From assembly GCA_964016885.1 (NCBI GenBank), contig CAXHJY010001003.1, positions 1 to 64,000 of the forward strand: DNA of 64,000 nt. Direction: 5' to 3'. Of the stretch, positions 39,670-52,997 are shown in pieces; the first letter of the stretch is position 1, and each line of letters starts with the position of its first letter. The notes under the pieces were generated by a model that was not told the origin of the DNA, did no database searches, and saw only the letters and a list, made by a program, of their open reading frames with translations. Position numbers and translations under genes: made by a program. Origin of the DNA: Eledone cirrhosa (taxonomy: Eukaryota).

Positions 39670-41176
39670 ACACATTATCACTTGTATGTAACGATCTTGG
39701 ATTTTAATGTCTATATTTCCCCATATAGTTCCTACAAAGCATACACTCCCTCGTGAATCTCTCTACTATATATTTTCAGGTTCCATCTAATGTTTCTTAG
39801 ATTTTTCGGTAGGAGATAGAGGATTTTTATGTTGTGGTTACTTTTCATTGTTGACCTGTCACATTTATTTATATTAATGTATTCATTCTGTTCTCATTAG
39901 TTGTGCACTGTTAGGTTAAATTCTGGTCTAAGCTGGAATTTATCCTGGTTTCATGTGTGTTAAGTGACTTAGGCTTCAAGACTCCCCCTTTAGACAGAAC
40001 GTCAGTTTGTCATAAACCCCACCCACCCAGCCACTGTTGTTGCTGCTAATTTTTTCAGCTGAATGAACTGGAGTGACATGAAATAAAGTGCTTTGCTCAA
40101 GGGCACAATTCTGTCCTGGAAGTTAAAACCACACCCTGAGCCCAACACCCTGTCCACTAGATCATGCAACTTCGCTAATCACTATCCCTTATAATTTAAT
40201 GGTGAATCTACCCGACTTACTCTTCTCTAATCTTAAATTCATTACCTATATATTTCATTGGCATATACCAGTTATACATGCACACATACACACATATCTG
40301 AGTGCACACATACACACATATCTGTATAATTAAAATTATTTATCTTTCTGTACACAAGCAAACTTGTCATATTCCCCCAAAACCATTACATTAGCGCTCA
40401 AGTGTGTGTGTATGCACACATACACCACTTTAGGATATTTATATTCAGCCATACATATACATTCACACACATTACTGATACAATGCAATCACTTATATAT
40501 GGATTAGATGAAATAGTAAGATGCAGAGAGAGAAAGCGTGTGTATGCATATATGTATGTGTTTATGAAGTTGATAAAATAAAATGCCAATCAAGTACTAG
40601 GGTTGATGAAATCAACTTTCCTCATCTCCCCACATAATGCTGGCCTTGTCCTTGAATTAGAAAACATTAATTTTACTAATAAGTGATGTTATTTATATAA
40701 TTTAAACTGTTCACTCAGAGTCCATGAAAAAAACTTAACATGACAAAATCCTCACCCCTACCAGACAAAAATCACCACACAAAATATAATCAGAAGAGTA
40801 AATAGATTTATTTTAATTACGTTTTATTACGTAATAATGTTCAAAACCATAAGTATATTTTGTTTTATCAACCAAAACCAGATTTACATAGATATTAAAA
40901 TCTAACTATGAAGCTTGTTTGTCAAAATATAATATTATAATTGTTATTAAATACACTTTTTTTTTCGTTGGCTGTTTCAGAGATCAGTATGTAATGATAC
41001 TGAATTGACAGTACTGTTCTATGTACTTTTAATTTTTAGTAAGTTTCTTGTATGCAGCTGCCGGGAGGGTCCCCCAAGATTCTCTAGTTCTGGGTCATTA
41101 ATTGTTTTAATCCGACCCTGATACAAGTAGATGGTGAAATACTTTTCATCAGCTTGTCATTATTTAGTCATTCTGC

Positions 41177-41357
41177 GGTGGATTGGCAGTATCGGTAGAG
41201 GGTCAGACACCATGCTTTCCAGCATAGTTATGTCCCTTTACGATCTGAGTTCAAATCCCGCCGAGGTTGACTTTGCCTTTCATCCTTACGGGGTCGATAA
41301 AATAAAGTACCAGTAATGCACTGGATAATTGATGGCCTTGTGCCTAAAGTAGAAACA
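41177..41357 (+). mobile_element. SINE (Pol III head + Deu/Nin-like core) with 18-bp target-site duplication
   Basis: GAGTTCAAATCC B box and GCCTTTCATCCTTACGGGGTCGATAAAATAAAGTACCAG core. TSD ATTATTTAGTCATTCTGC at 41159-41176 and 41358-41375. Confidence 0.85.
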
Positions 41358-41862
41358 ATTATTTAGTCATTCTGCTTAAAATAAAAATAGAGAATTTAAA
41401 AGGTAATAAATTTGTTGAATAAAATGTTTTCTTTGTAATATATGTATACATGCATGATTTCAGTTTTGCATGTTACATCAATAATTTGTTAAAACCTTTT
41501 TTTTTAATGATGTATAGAAAACATTTAGGTTTGAGAAGTAAATAGGTTACATTCACCTATTTTCTAAAAATATTAACATTTATTTTTAATGTATTCCACA
41601 ATCATATTTGTTTCTTTTCTTTTGTTGTTATATATTAAATTTAATCCCAATAACAAATATTTATTTTTACTATAATAATTAGAATTCATTCAATTTTTTA
41701 CTGGGTTTTGAAAATAGCATATTTAATAATTGTTACTATAAGATTTTCAGTTGCAATTGAAAATTATGAATTAACTAATTTCTGTAGATAACATTTTTAA
41801 TTTATTACATGAATATTTAACGAAGTTTGTTAAAAAAATATTTCCCAACCTTTATTATCTAG

Positions 41863-41997
<135 letters not shown>

Positions 41998-42303
41998 TAG
42001 TTATCTATAGAGATATTTCAGTTTTGGAACATTCGATTTTATTAATGATATCTACTGTGTATTTTTCAGTGTGTAAGACACCACCTTTTTTTTTTAAAGC
42101 CATGTGTTTGTATGTGTGTGATTTTGATGTTGAATTATGGGTTTAAAAAAAAAAAAAACCGCCTTACACTGAATAATACGATATTTATTTTTTTAAAAGT
42201 ATTTATAAAAATAAAAGATTAAATTATTGTTTTATTCTTCACTAAGTAGTAAATTGCTTAAAACATAGAAAATATTTGTTAGCGTATTTTTTGAAAGAAA
42301 TGA

Positions 42304-42474
<171 letters not shown>

Positions 42475-42510
42475 TGACCTATTAAAAATAACTTACACTT
42501 TATATATATA

Positions 42511-42640
42511 TAATTGTTTCTACTTTAGGCACAAGGGCCAGCAATAACCCAGTGCATTACTGGTACTTTATTTTATCGACCCTGTAAGGATGAAAGGCAA
42601 AGTCAACCTCGGCGGGATTTGAACTCAGACCGTAAAGGGA
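42511..42640 (-). mobile_element. SINE of the same family, 5'-truncated
   Basis: Reverse complement of the 41177 SINE body. Confidence 0.85.
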
Positions 42641-42959
42641 CTTTATCGAGAAATAATGGTTTTTGATTTAGGTACATGACATCGAGCCAGTGCATTGTGG
42701 GTGCTTTATTTTATGGACCCTGTACCTTTTGTAAAGATTAAATAATTCACATGAAGCTTAGTAGATGGAGGTGGGCTATCAAAATATAAGTACTGAGGGA
42801 TGCACCAGTATGACAGCAGTTATGTTGGCTCTTAGGATATCGATAATTAAAATGACATAAAATATATATATTTATACTCTGGCGTCACGCAGTAATACAG
42901 AAGACCCAACTTCCTACGGGTAGAAGCCGAAGCTGAAGCATATAGACAATATGCAAAGT

Positions 42960-43170
42960 GGTCGTGAGGTGTCACGGAAAAAAAGCACCCAGCACTCAAT
43001 ATAAATGAGGTTGGTGTTAGGAAGGGCATCCAGCTGTAGAAGTCAAGCCAGAATCAGTTCCCGTATGAGCAAGACAAGGTCATCCAACCTAACATTGCCC
43101 ACAACAGGACAACCCGTTTAACCCATGCTAGCGTGGAAGAACAAACGTAAAACGTGATGAGATGATGATA
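42960..43170 (+). mobile_element. Diverged RTE family A-like 3' UTR fragment
   Basis: GGTTGGTGTTAGGAAGGGCATCCAGCTGTAGAA motif, CCATGCTAGCGTGG hairpin and (GAT)n tail. Confidence 0.8.
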
Positions 43171-43793
43171 CGTGTTTCATGCTATGGGTATTATATATAT
43201 ATATTTTTTTTTTTTTTTAAACAATATACTTTTATTCAGTTGTATAAAAATACAATAATATAATTTATTGAACAATAATGATAAAGGACGCCTATGAGGG
43301 TGCCTGGTTATTTCAGTGCCTTAATCTCGCCATCACACGTGTTAATGCTGTAAGCGTGTTGGCTTGCCGCTAAGTGTGTAGTTAACCCCCTAAGGTGTGA
43401 GGTGCAGCTCATTGTCGCACTTGATGGTGAATCCCCCCATCATTAGTGTTCAGTGAATTATATTATTATATTTTTATACAACTGTTATTATAATTGTTCT
43501 GAACATTAGTGTTGAATTATAATTTTTTCACAAAAAGTATAACATGGATATACAATGAACCTTCAGGAAAGGCCCACAGCATTTTGACTGATTATCTCTC
43601 CCACCCCACCCGATAATGAATAAAACAGGATTATTTTCAGATATAGGTAATGTTTCATCGAAAATGGTTTTATAACTAATTCAGTAAACCTATTATTTTG
43701 TAGACAGTCATGTGATTTGTGATTGATGACCCACTAAGAAAAAAACATTACAATGTAGTGAACAACTAATTAAAGAACATAATAAGGATATAT

Positions 43794-43945
43794 TGACAGT
43801 ATCGGTTAAGGGTTGGACTCTATGCTTTGCAGCATAGTTACAGTCTGAGGTTAACTTTGCCTTTAATCCTTACAGGGTCGATAAAATAAAGTACCAGTAA
43901 TGCACTGGGATAATTGCTGGCCTTGTGCCCAAAATAGAAACAATT
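43794..43945 (+). mobile_element. SINE of the same family, internally deleted, with ATAAGGATATAT TSD
   Basis: Shared core and 3' tail; TSD near 43782 and 43946. Confidence 0.8.
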
Positions 43946-44087
43946 ATAAGGATATATCACATTGTTAATATTGAATAATAACCATATTTTGTGTCATGGA
44001 CGATGCTGTAAGTTGAAGAGAGATTTTAATTAACTTTTTAAATATTTCTGTTGAAATTTTATATTGTTGATATCTATTTTGCTTTAG

Positions 44088-44198
<111 letters not shown>

Positions 44199-44384
44199 TA
44201 ATCTTTAATTAAATATAATCTACAATTTCATCTCAGTAGAGAGATGTTTTTGTTTGTTCCGCATCCCTTTAGTGATATGGTTTATGTGTATTTTCTAACT
44301 TATTAGTTCGATTATTTAACTCTTAATGTCGTGTATCACATATATAGTACTAGCAAGACATTGTTGATAAGTACAAAATAGCAC

Positions 44385-44597
44385 AATGATTGTGTAGGTG
44401 TCACAACAAAAAGTAGCCAGCACACACTGTAAATGTGGTTGGCACTAAGAAAGGCATCCAACCGTAGAAAACCAGCCAGAAACTCTCCTATATGAGCGAG
44501 ACACGGTCTCCGACCCAACTTTCCTCTAATTGGGACAAACCCATCTAACTCATGCTAGTGCTGAAGATAGACGTTAATCGACGACGAGGATGATGAT
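44385..44597 (+). mobile_element. Diverged RTE family A-like 3' UTR fragment
   Basis: GTAGGTGTCACAACAAAAA..GTAAATGTGGTTGG..GGCATCCAACCGTAGAAAAC..GACGTTAA..GATGATG. Confidence 0.8.
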
Positions 44598-45041
44598 TGC
44601 ATCATATTAAAAGTAATTCTCAATAATTGTAAAGATACTATAAACAAACTTTGAATGTTCTGTGCCACATAGAACTGTGTTTGCAAGACATTCTTAAAAG
44701 TACAAAATAGCACTATTGCATCATATTAAAAATTAATGGTTTTATTCTAATTTTACAATTTTCACAACAATCTGTCCACTAAGTAAAAATACTATTAACA
44801 TTTGAATTAACAAACCTGTTTTTAGACGTGTCTTTCTTGGATGTTATTAGCTATACTATAATTTATATATGCATTCCATGCAATTATTACTTATTAAATT
44901 TTCTCCCATCTATGTTGTGCCTCCAAGATATACACTGAATTTTCTATTTAGCACCTTTAACAACATGGGTATATAAATTATAATAGTAAAAATGTGTATG
45001 CCTCAACAGAAGTTTTAATTTACAGAACAACCTTTACTTAG

Positions 45042-45194
<153 letters not shown>

Positions 45195-45231
45195 TAATTT
45201 ACGATTCGATTCTAAAGGGGCCTTCTTTTAA

Positions 45232-46483
45232 CCATTTAGCATTCGCATTAATTTTAAAACGTCATGCTTATCTATTCGCATTAATTTTAAAACGTCATGC
45301 TTATCTATTCGCATTATTTTGTGGATTGGCAGTATTGGTAGAGGGTCGGACGCCATGCTTTGCAGCAAAGAGTTACGGCCCTTTATGATCTGAGTTCAAA
45401 TCCCGCCGAGGTTAACTTTGGCTTTCATCCTTACGGGGTTGATAAAATAAAGTACCAGTAATACACTGGGTAATTGCTGGCCTTGTGCCAAAAGTAGAAA
45501 CAATTATTTTCAGTTAATCATACTCAAGAGGGTTAGCAATTCTATTTGTTTGTAATTTTCTTAATTTTCTATGTGCAGGCTTGAAATTTTGTCAGTAGAT
45601 GTTTAAATATCAATAATTTACAATTATATAATTTTACCTGATTTTTTTTTGGTCAAATTTTACTTTTATGGGCAGGTGTAATTAATTAATAGGGGCATTT
45701 GAAGTATCAACCAGGTGCAAATACTGGTTTAATTTTAAATATGTTGTTTTTGGCATAATACTTGATATATAAGGATCACTAAACCTTATATCAGTGTTCC
45801 AATAATTCCACATTCTTGGAAATTGTTTTATACCAAACATAATATTTACGGTAAAAAATGCTTGCATTTCCGCAGCATGTCGGTCGCCAAACAGATCGGG
45901 TTTTCCTCGATTTGAAATCTGTTGTTGGACATATCGATTAATCTCTTCTGCCACAACTTCGAAGAAAGTTTATGGTAAAAACAAAAGGAAATGATCCAGT
46001 GCTTTAACATCGGGAGCTAATGTGTGTTGTGGACCAGTATTTTGAATAAAATCGGGAACATATATTAGTGTGGTATTTTCAATGGCGTCCTAGAGATCTC
46101 CTTCGTTTTCACTTTCAAAACAATCATCGTCGGACAAAATTTCAGAAATATAAACATTAGATTCATTTGAAGATAAATCACTAATATTATCTTTTGTTTC
46201 TTGGTTATTCTGAATGTCGTTGTGTGTAAAACCTTCAAAGTCGGTATAGCTACTTTCATAAGCCATGTTGAATAATAAAAAAAAAAAAAAAAATTTGTCG
46301 TACTTTCAAAGTTAAAAAAACACTTGTTATTTTAAGTTGTTTCACTATATTAAGTGTTAATTTTCGCGGTAATGGCCTAATCTCGCAGTAATCTCGAATT
46401 GATGAGATTTTGATGATGGTTTGTTTATTTTTAGAATGATTTTTTTAGTGTGGGTGTTATCGGGCAGTTTGAACACTAAAGGG
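45232..46483 (-). mobile_element. Internally deleted piggyBac element with transposase remnant (45682-45954) and a nested SINE (45321-45503)
   Basis: TTAA at 45228-45231 and 46484-46487. Imperfect TIRs CCATTTAGCATTC / GAACACTAAAGGG. Peptide EINRY..EMQAFF..MFGIKQFP.MWNYW..IMPK..YLHLVD is typical of the piggyBac transposase N-half. Confidence 0.8.
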
Positions 46484-46850
46484 TTAAAGTTATTCAATTC
46501 TTAAGTAACTTCATTTAGTTGGGTTTTTTAAAATCCTCTGAATAATTTTTGAAACTTCATAACAGTCAAAATAATCAAGCATGGAGATGAAATTGTTTTA
46601 ATTTTTCTCTCTTTCACACACGTCATCATCATCATCATTATCTCACACACATACACACACCTGCCATCATCTTACATCACACACACCCACACACACAAAT
46701 GTGTACTTCTGTTTTCTGAAGTATTCAACATTGATCTGTGCGTCAATTCTAAGTTTCTTAATTCGCTTGGTGATTAAGAGTGTATTCAGAGGGGCGGCAA
46801 ACTAAAAATGAGAACGTTTTTTTTCTGTTGTTTTCATTGTATCTTTTCAG

Positions 46851-46900
46851 TTGATAATAAACCAATTTGGATGCAGGCTGAAGAAAGAGAGGAAAACAAG
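46851..46900 (+). CDS. KLC: Kinesin light chain exon (VDNKPIWMQAEEREENK)
   Basis: Conserved NKPIWMxAEERE motif; tttcag| and |gttagt; 50 bp, phase-compatible. Confidence 0.96.
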
Positions 46901-48095
46901 GTTAGTTTTTCTCATTTTTTGTTTTTATTAATACTTGGTAGGTCTGGAGGAAGGGTGTCAATGCTTTGTGGCCTTTACAGGCTCTTCCAGAATTGGAGCA
47001 ATTGAGGCTGTTGATGTTCTGTTTAAATTACTGTAACTCTCCCATTTGGAAAGGAGGCCCATTATTCTGGGAATGAAGGAAGGATAAGGTGTAAGGGTTA
47101 ACTTTGCCTTTCATCCTTTTGGAGTTGTTTAAACAAAGTGATGGATTGGCAGAATTGCTGAAATACGGGCAGGATGCCTTACAGCATTTGTTCTAGTTCT
47201 TTGCTTTTTGAATTCTTAGTTAGTCATCTGGTTTAACACACCCACCTGGCTGTTGAGTTCCTTTAGCAGAGACCATTCTGTTGCAAGTATTTGAGCCTGT
47301 TGTCCAGTTTCGGAATACATTCCCCCAATCAGTCTTCAACTGACTAACCAATAATGTGTGTGAGTGTGTGTATATACTGGAAAATTCAACTAATTTTGAT
47401 TGAGTTGTCTCCACAGTGCATGCGTTGAACCTCTGTCAGTTCTGACAATGAGTGTATCAGTTAATTGACCAACAGAACAGCCTATTTGTGAAATTAATGT
47501 CCATGTGGTAGAGCATTCCACTGACACATCTCCCTTAATATACTTCTCTGAATAATTATAGGTTATTGATTTTTGTATCTGAGTAAACTAAAGCAACATG
47601 AAATAGCATATGTAGTCAGCTTTTATTCAACAATTTTGATAATTATAACACATTTTTAAATGTATAATAGGGATGTAAAGGCATTTGGCTTTGTGGTTGA
47701 GGTTTTCAGCTCACGATCTTAAATTGAATTTGGTTCCTAGTGGTGCATTATGTCATTAAACAAGAAACTTTTATTTCATGCTACTTCAGTCCATTCAGCT
47801 GGCAAAAATGAGTTGTACCCATAATTCAATCTCCCTAAGAACTACGTTAAGGGTATATGTGCCTCAGAAATGCTACATACATATAATTTCACCAGCAGGC
47901 TTCCCCATTGATTGAACAACTAAAACACTCATTGGATCCAACACTAAATTCTTTGAAAGAGATACATATACACACCATAACACTGATAACATTAATTATT
48001 ATAAGTTCCTTTTATATATAAGTTTAAAAGAAATGTTGATATATTGAAATTATTTTTAAAGACAGTAAGTTTTATTGAATGACTTTAATTTTTAG

Positions 48096-48163
48096 GCAAA
48101 CCATAAGGATGTATCTCCACAACCAGACTTCAGTAATTGGCTCCAGACTCAAAATGCAGAGAG
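48096..48163 (+). CDS. KLC: Kinesin light chain exon (ANHKDVSPQPDFSNWLQTQNAES), TPR5-6 linker
   Basis: tttag| and AG|gttggt; 68 bp, phase 0 to 2. Same size and W position as the vertebrate linker exon, but the sequence is divergent. Confidence 0.8.
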
Positions 48164-50176
48164 GTTGGTTTCATTTTCACTAAGCACGTTTTATTTTATT
48201 TATTTATTTTTTTTTACTTTTCACCACTAAATGCTTACAAATCATTTTCCTTTGTGTAACTTTTTCATTTTAACATTTTGTCTTCTCTCCAATGCATGCC
48301 ATATGCCTGTTTTCAACAGAGGAGTCATATTATTAACAATAATAAGTTTTAAACATCTTGTTTTGTTTTAACTTTTTTTCTTTTTTTTTTCAAAAATATG
48401 TGGAGTTAAAAATTCATTATAAACTCACCTCTATTTCAAAATGTTTTTATATTTCATTTTCTTGTTAAAGGAAGAAATGAAAATTCTTTCTAAAATTTGA
48501 ATATTGTAACTGAATTTGAATTTAACATTTTTATGTGTTTTCCCATGCTGGTATGGGTCTGGTCTGCATGTTCTCTTTTTTTCCTGCTGTCTTTTTGTCT
48601 TTAGCCATTTACTCTGCAAATTCCAACTTTCTTAAATCAAATTTTAACTGGTGTAACTCTCAAAAGAATGGTATGTATTTTGTGGACATTTCCACATGTT
48701 AGGGAAGACATCCTGACATCAAATCAATGTGTAATTATAGAATTCCAGGAAACTTACTAATTCATCATCATCACCATCTTCGTTTAATGTCCATTTTCCA
48801 CGCTAGCATGGGTTAGACGATTACTAACTTATTCCACTTGGCAAATTTTTTTACATTTAATTGGGGTTAGTTGCAACATTTCCATCACTAATTGGAAGGT
48901 TGGGTCCTATTTCCATTTTCCCATTAGGTATTTTTAGGGGGCACATTATTCAATTTTATGATTGGCATCCTAATTTTAAGAGTTAGGTTTGTTACATTCA
49001 TCAGTTAATAACAAAGTCTTCTATGATTCTTTCTCTGTCTGCTAGTGATGTCTCTCATTTCTGATACACACCTAGTTTCTTTACACTCATTTTAACAATA
49101 TCTTAATACATATAACTAGGAAATCATTGATTCACTTTCATTTCTTTTCTTTTAAATTCATCTTGGCTACTAGACATGGCTTTGAGAGCTCAGAAGACAG
49201 CTAGGAGTCAAAGGGATAAAGCACATTGTTAGAAAACCAAAACTTTGAGGGATTTGTGCACAAATATATGGAAAATAAATATCTTCCCTGGTAAAGAAAA
49301 AGAAAGCTTCTATTCATAGGAATAAAATTAAAATCAGAAATTCCACTCACTGTGGAAATTAGTCTAAGCAGCCAATAGAGAATATAGAGGCTTTTTATCT
49401 GCATTTAAAAAAATTTTAATTATAATTTATTTACTTTATTTTAAATAAAAAAGAGAATGTGTGTGGTATTTTTCCCTCTGAATTATCTGACACAATTATA
49501 GCCAGATGGTTTCCAGAAAAGAGATACTGGCTCTAATTTTGATCTTTAAATGAAACCTCCTAATTTATGTTGCTAGTGTCAGCATATATTCATCTTTCTC
49601 TACTACCCAGTGAACTTGGAGTTCAGCATCTTAAATTTACCAATTTATAAGCATTATGATGAGAATGCTTATAGATATTGCTATAACCAGCTAGTTAAGC
49701 TTGTGGTCATTTTCAGCATTTTGTGTACCTGTATTTGTGAAAGTTTGTTTTTTTACTTTTGCTATAAAACAAACTTGACCATTTTATGCCTTACAATTAG
49801 TAAAGCATAGTTTATTCATCGCTTTTAACTGAATAAAAATATTATTTGCCAAGAACTTAGTAACCTCACAAATTGATTATCGGAGTAATAACATACATAG
49901 ATAAGGTTGTAAGCTGGACATTATAAATATTCTGCCCAAAGTATGATATAGTATTATTTTGTATTCTGAAGGAGTTATTAGTTATGTTCCTTGAGAATAT
50001 TGGGGACAGTACGAAGGTGAAATACATAGGAAAATAACAAACTAGAATCAAAGGAATGGTAGATTTACATTGAATAAGAAGGTCAGATCCACAATTTAAT
50101 ATATATAGCAAATGATAGAGTAGCGTTTCTTTTTTTAAAATATTAATTCCTGAGAATTTTAGTATAAGATGGATAC

Positions 50177-50215
<39 letters not shown>

Positions 50216-50775
50216 TATTCAATACCATGTTAGAATATAGTGATTTTTTTTTTTTTTTGATTTTTGATTTTATATATATATATATAGCAAATTCACACAT
50301 AACATTTTAGTATGGATTTTTACTTAGGAAAATATTTTTTCTTTCATTCCTGTGCACAATTATGAGGCGGGAGGGTTGAGTGGGATAATCAAAATGGATA
50401 TCTTAAAAAAATGAAATGAAGTTGCTATAGCAACATGAAATTCAAGAAAATAATAATATAGATCCATTATATTGAGCTGGATCCTCTGACCATGCCAGCA
50501 TGGAAAAAAAAAAAAAAAAAAATAGAACATGATCAAAAGATGGAATAAATATTTAAAAAATATATATATATATATTAATTTTTAAAAAATTCAAATTAGC
50601 AATTAAGCATTTATCTCCTAGTTCTGAGACTAGTGAAAATGTTTTCTTGCACACAAAGAAGTTGGATTATAATTCATATTTTATTCAAACTTCTGTCTGA
50701 TTTGCTTTGTAGAATCTCGGAGCAATGTGACAACATAAGACACCAAAGGTATTTTTTTTTTATTTTAAAATTACT

Positions 50776-51981
50776 ATATAATATATATGTATATAATATA
50801 TATATAGATATATAATATATATATATAGATATATAATATATATATATAGATATATAATATATATATATAGATATATAATATATATATATAGATATATAAT
50901 ATAGATATATAGATATATAATATAGAATATAGATATATAGATATATATATATAGATATATAATATATATATATATAATATATATATATAGATATATAATA
51001 TAGATATATAATATATATATATAATATAGATATATAATATATAGATATATAATATATAGATATATAATATATATATATAATATAATATATATATATAATA
51101 TAGATATATAATATATATATATAATATAGATATATAATATATAGATATATAATATATAGATATATAATATATATATATAATATAATATATATATATAATA
51201 TATATATAGAGATATATAATATATATATATATAGATATATAATATATATATATAGATATATAATATATATATATAGATATATAGATATATATATATATAT
51301 ATATAATATATAGATATAGATATATAATATATAGATATAGATATATAATATATAGATATAGATATATAATATATAGATATAGATATATAATATATAGATA
51401 TAGATATATAATATATAGATATAGATATATAATATATAGATATAGATATATAATATATAATATAGATATATAGATATATAATATATATATGGATATATAA
51501 TATATATATATATAGATATATATAATATATATATATAGAGAGATATAGATATAGATATATATAATATATAGATATATATAATATATAGATATATATAATA
51601 TATAGATATATATAATATATAGATATATATAGATATATAGATATATATATACAGATATATATAATATATAGATATATCATATATATAGATATATCATATA
51701 TATAGATATAGATATATAATATAGATATATCATATATATATATAGATATATATAATATATATATATAGAGAGATATAGATATAGATATATATAATATATA
51801 GATATATATAATATATAGATATATATAATATATAGATATATATAATATATAGATATATATAGATATATAGATATATATATACAGATATATATAATATATA
51901 GATATATCATATATATAGATATATCATATATATAGATATAGATATATAATATAGATATATCATATATATATATAATATATA
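50776..51981. repeat. TA/TAGA/TAA compound microsatellite with a higher-order duplication of about 230 bp at its 3' end
   Basis: Seen directly; ORFs 50760-51680 and 51677-51910 begin with the same translated block. Confidence 0.93.
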
Positions 51982-52825
51982 CAGGGTACAGACGATATCT
52001 GTTCGCAAGATTACTGTCTAGGAAAAAATAACACAGTAGTTTTATTTTTTAAGATTTATTTATCAAACTTGGGTCAGTTTGTCTTCATGACTTGTTCTTT
52101 CGATCTCGCTCGATAAACCCGCCATTGGCTTTGATGACAGCCTCGGAACCAGCTACAGGCCTTCGTCAATGTCCGCCGACTTAGGCCCCTAAAGGCACTT
52201 GTGATCCTGGTCTTCAGATCGTCTTTCGTATTGCAGCTAGATCTGTTGGTGTCTCGTTCAACTGCGCAAAGCGGGTTGAAGGGGTTGCAGTCAGACCAGA
52301 TGTCAGGTGAAGTGTGGTCAACGAAGTTCTCTGACAGCCAGGCGTGGGTCTTTCGGCTAGTATGGCAGGGCGCTGAGTCTTGCTGCCACACGTACAGCCT
52401 ACCTGCAGCTACCTGGTCGATCCAGGGCTTTACTACCTCGCTCAGAACGCGGATGTAGCCATCGGTGTTCAGCTTGAGGCCCTCAGGGAAGAAGTGAGGT
52501 AGCATGACGTCACCTAAGACCAATGTTGTCGTTGAAACTTTCTCTGCATGACTCTCAGCACATCTTTGGATGAGAGTGCGAGCCACCTGTTTTTCTGGGA
52601 GTTGATCTTCTGGTCTTATTTGTGCTCCCGGCGCGGATTCCAAGAAGAACTCCGTGTCTCTTCCACAAATTTGGAGGTTCAAAATTATTCATAGTCAATT
52701 ATTCTGAAAATAAATAATGGAAATATAGTCACTGTTTTTATGAAGACAAGGGTGGCAACGGAAGTAAAAAAAATGTGCATATAATTAGCAGTTGCAAATT
52801 GCGAAAAAATATCGTCTGCACCCTG
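51982..52825 (-). mobile_element. Deleted Tc1/mariner transposon (DD37D/maT-like) inserted at TA
   Basis: TIRs CAGGGTACAGACGATATCTGTTCGCAA / TTGCGAAAAAATATCGTCTGCACCCTG with TA on both sides. ORF 52074-52682 has YVWQQDSAPCHTS and a degenerate W..SPD.NP motif. Confidence 0.88.
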
Positions 52826-52953
52826 TATAATATATATAATATATAAATATATATATATATGTATATATGTATATATATATATATAACAAAGGAATTGAGG
52901 TAAGGAACCAGATGGACCATAATGCATATACATATACATATATATATATATAT

Positions 52954-52996
<43 letters not shown>

Positions 52997-52997
<1 letters not shown>

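Noticed and set aside
43205-43450. Poly(T) plus reverse AATAAA suggesting a - strand retrocopy or L1 3' end
   Set aside because: No ORF, TSD or second copy in the window to identify it; left unannotated.
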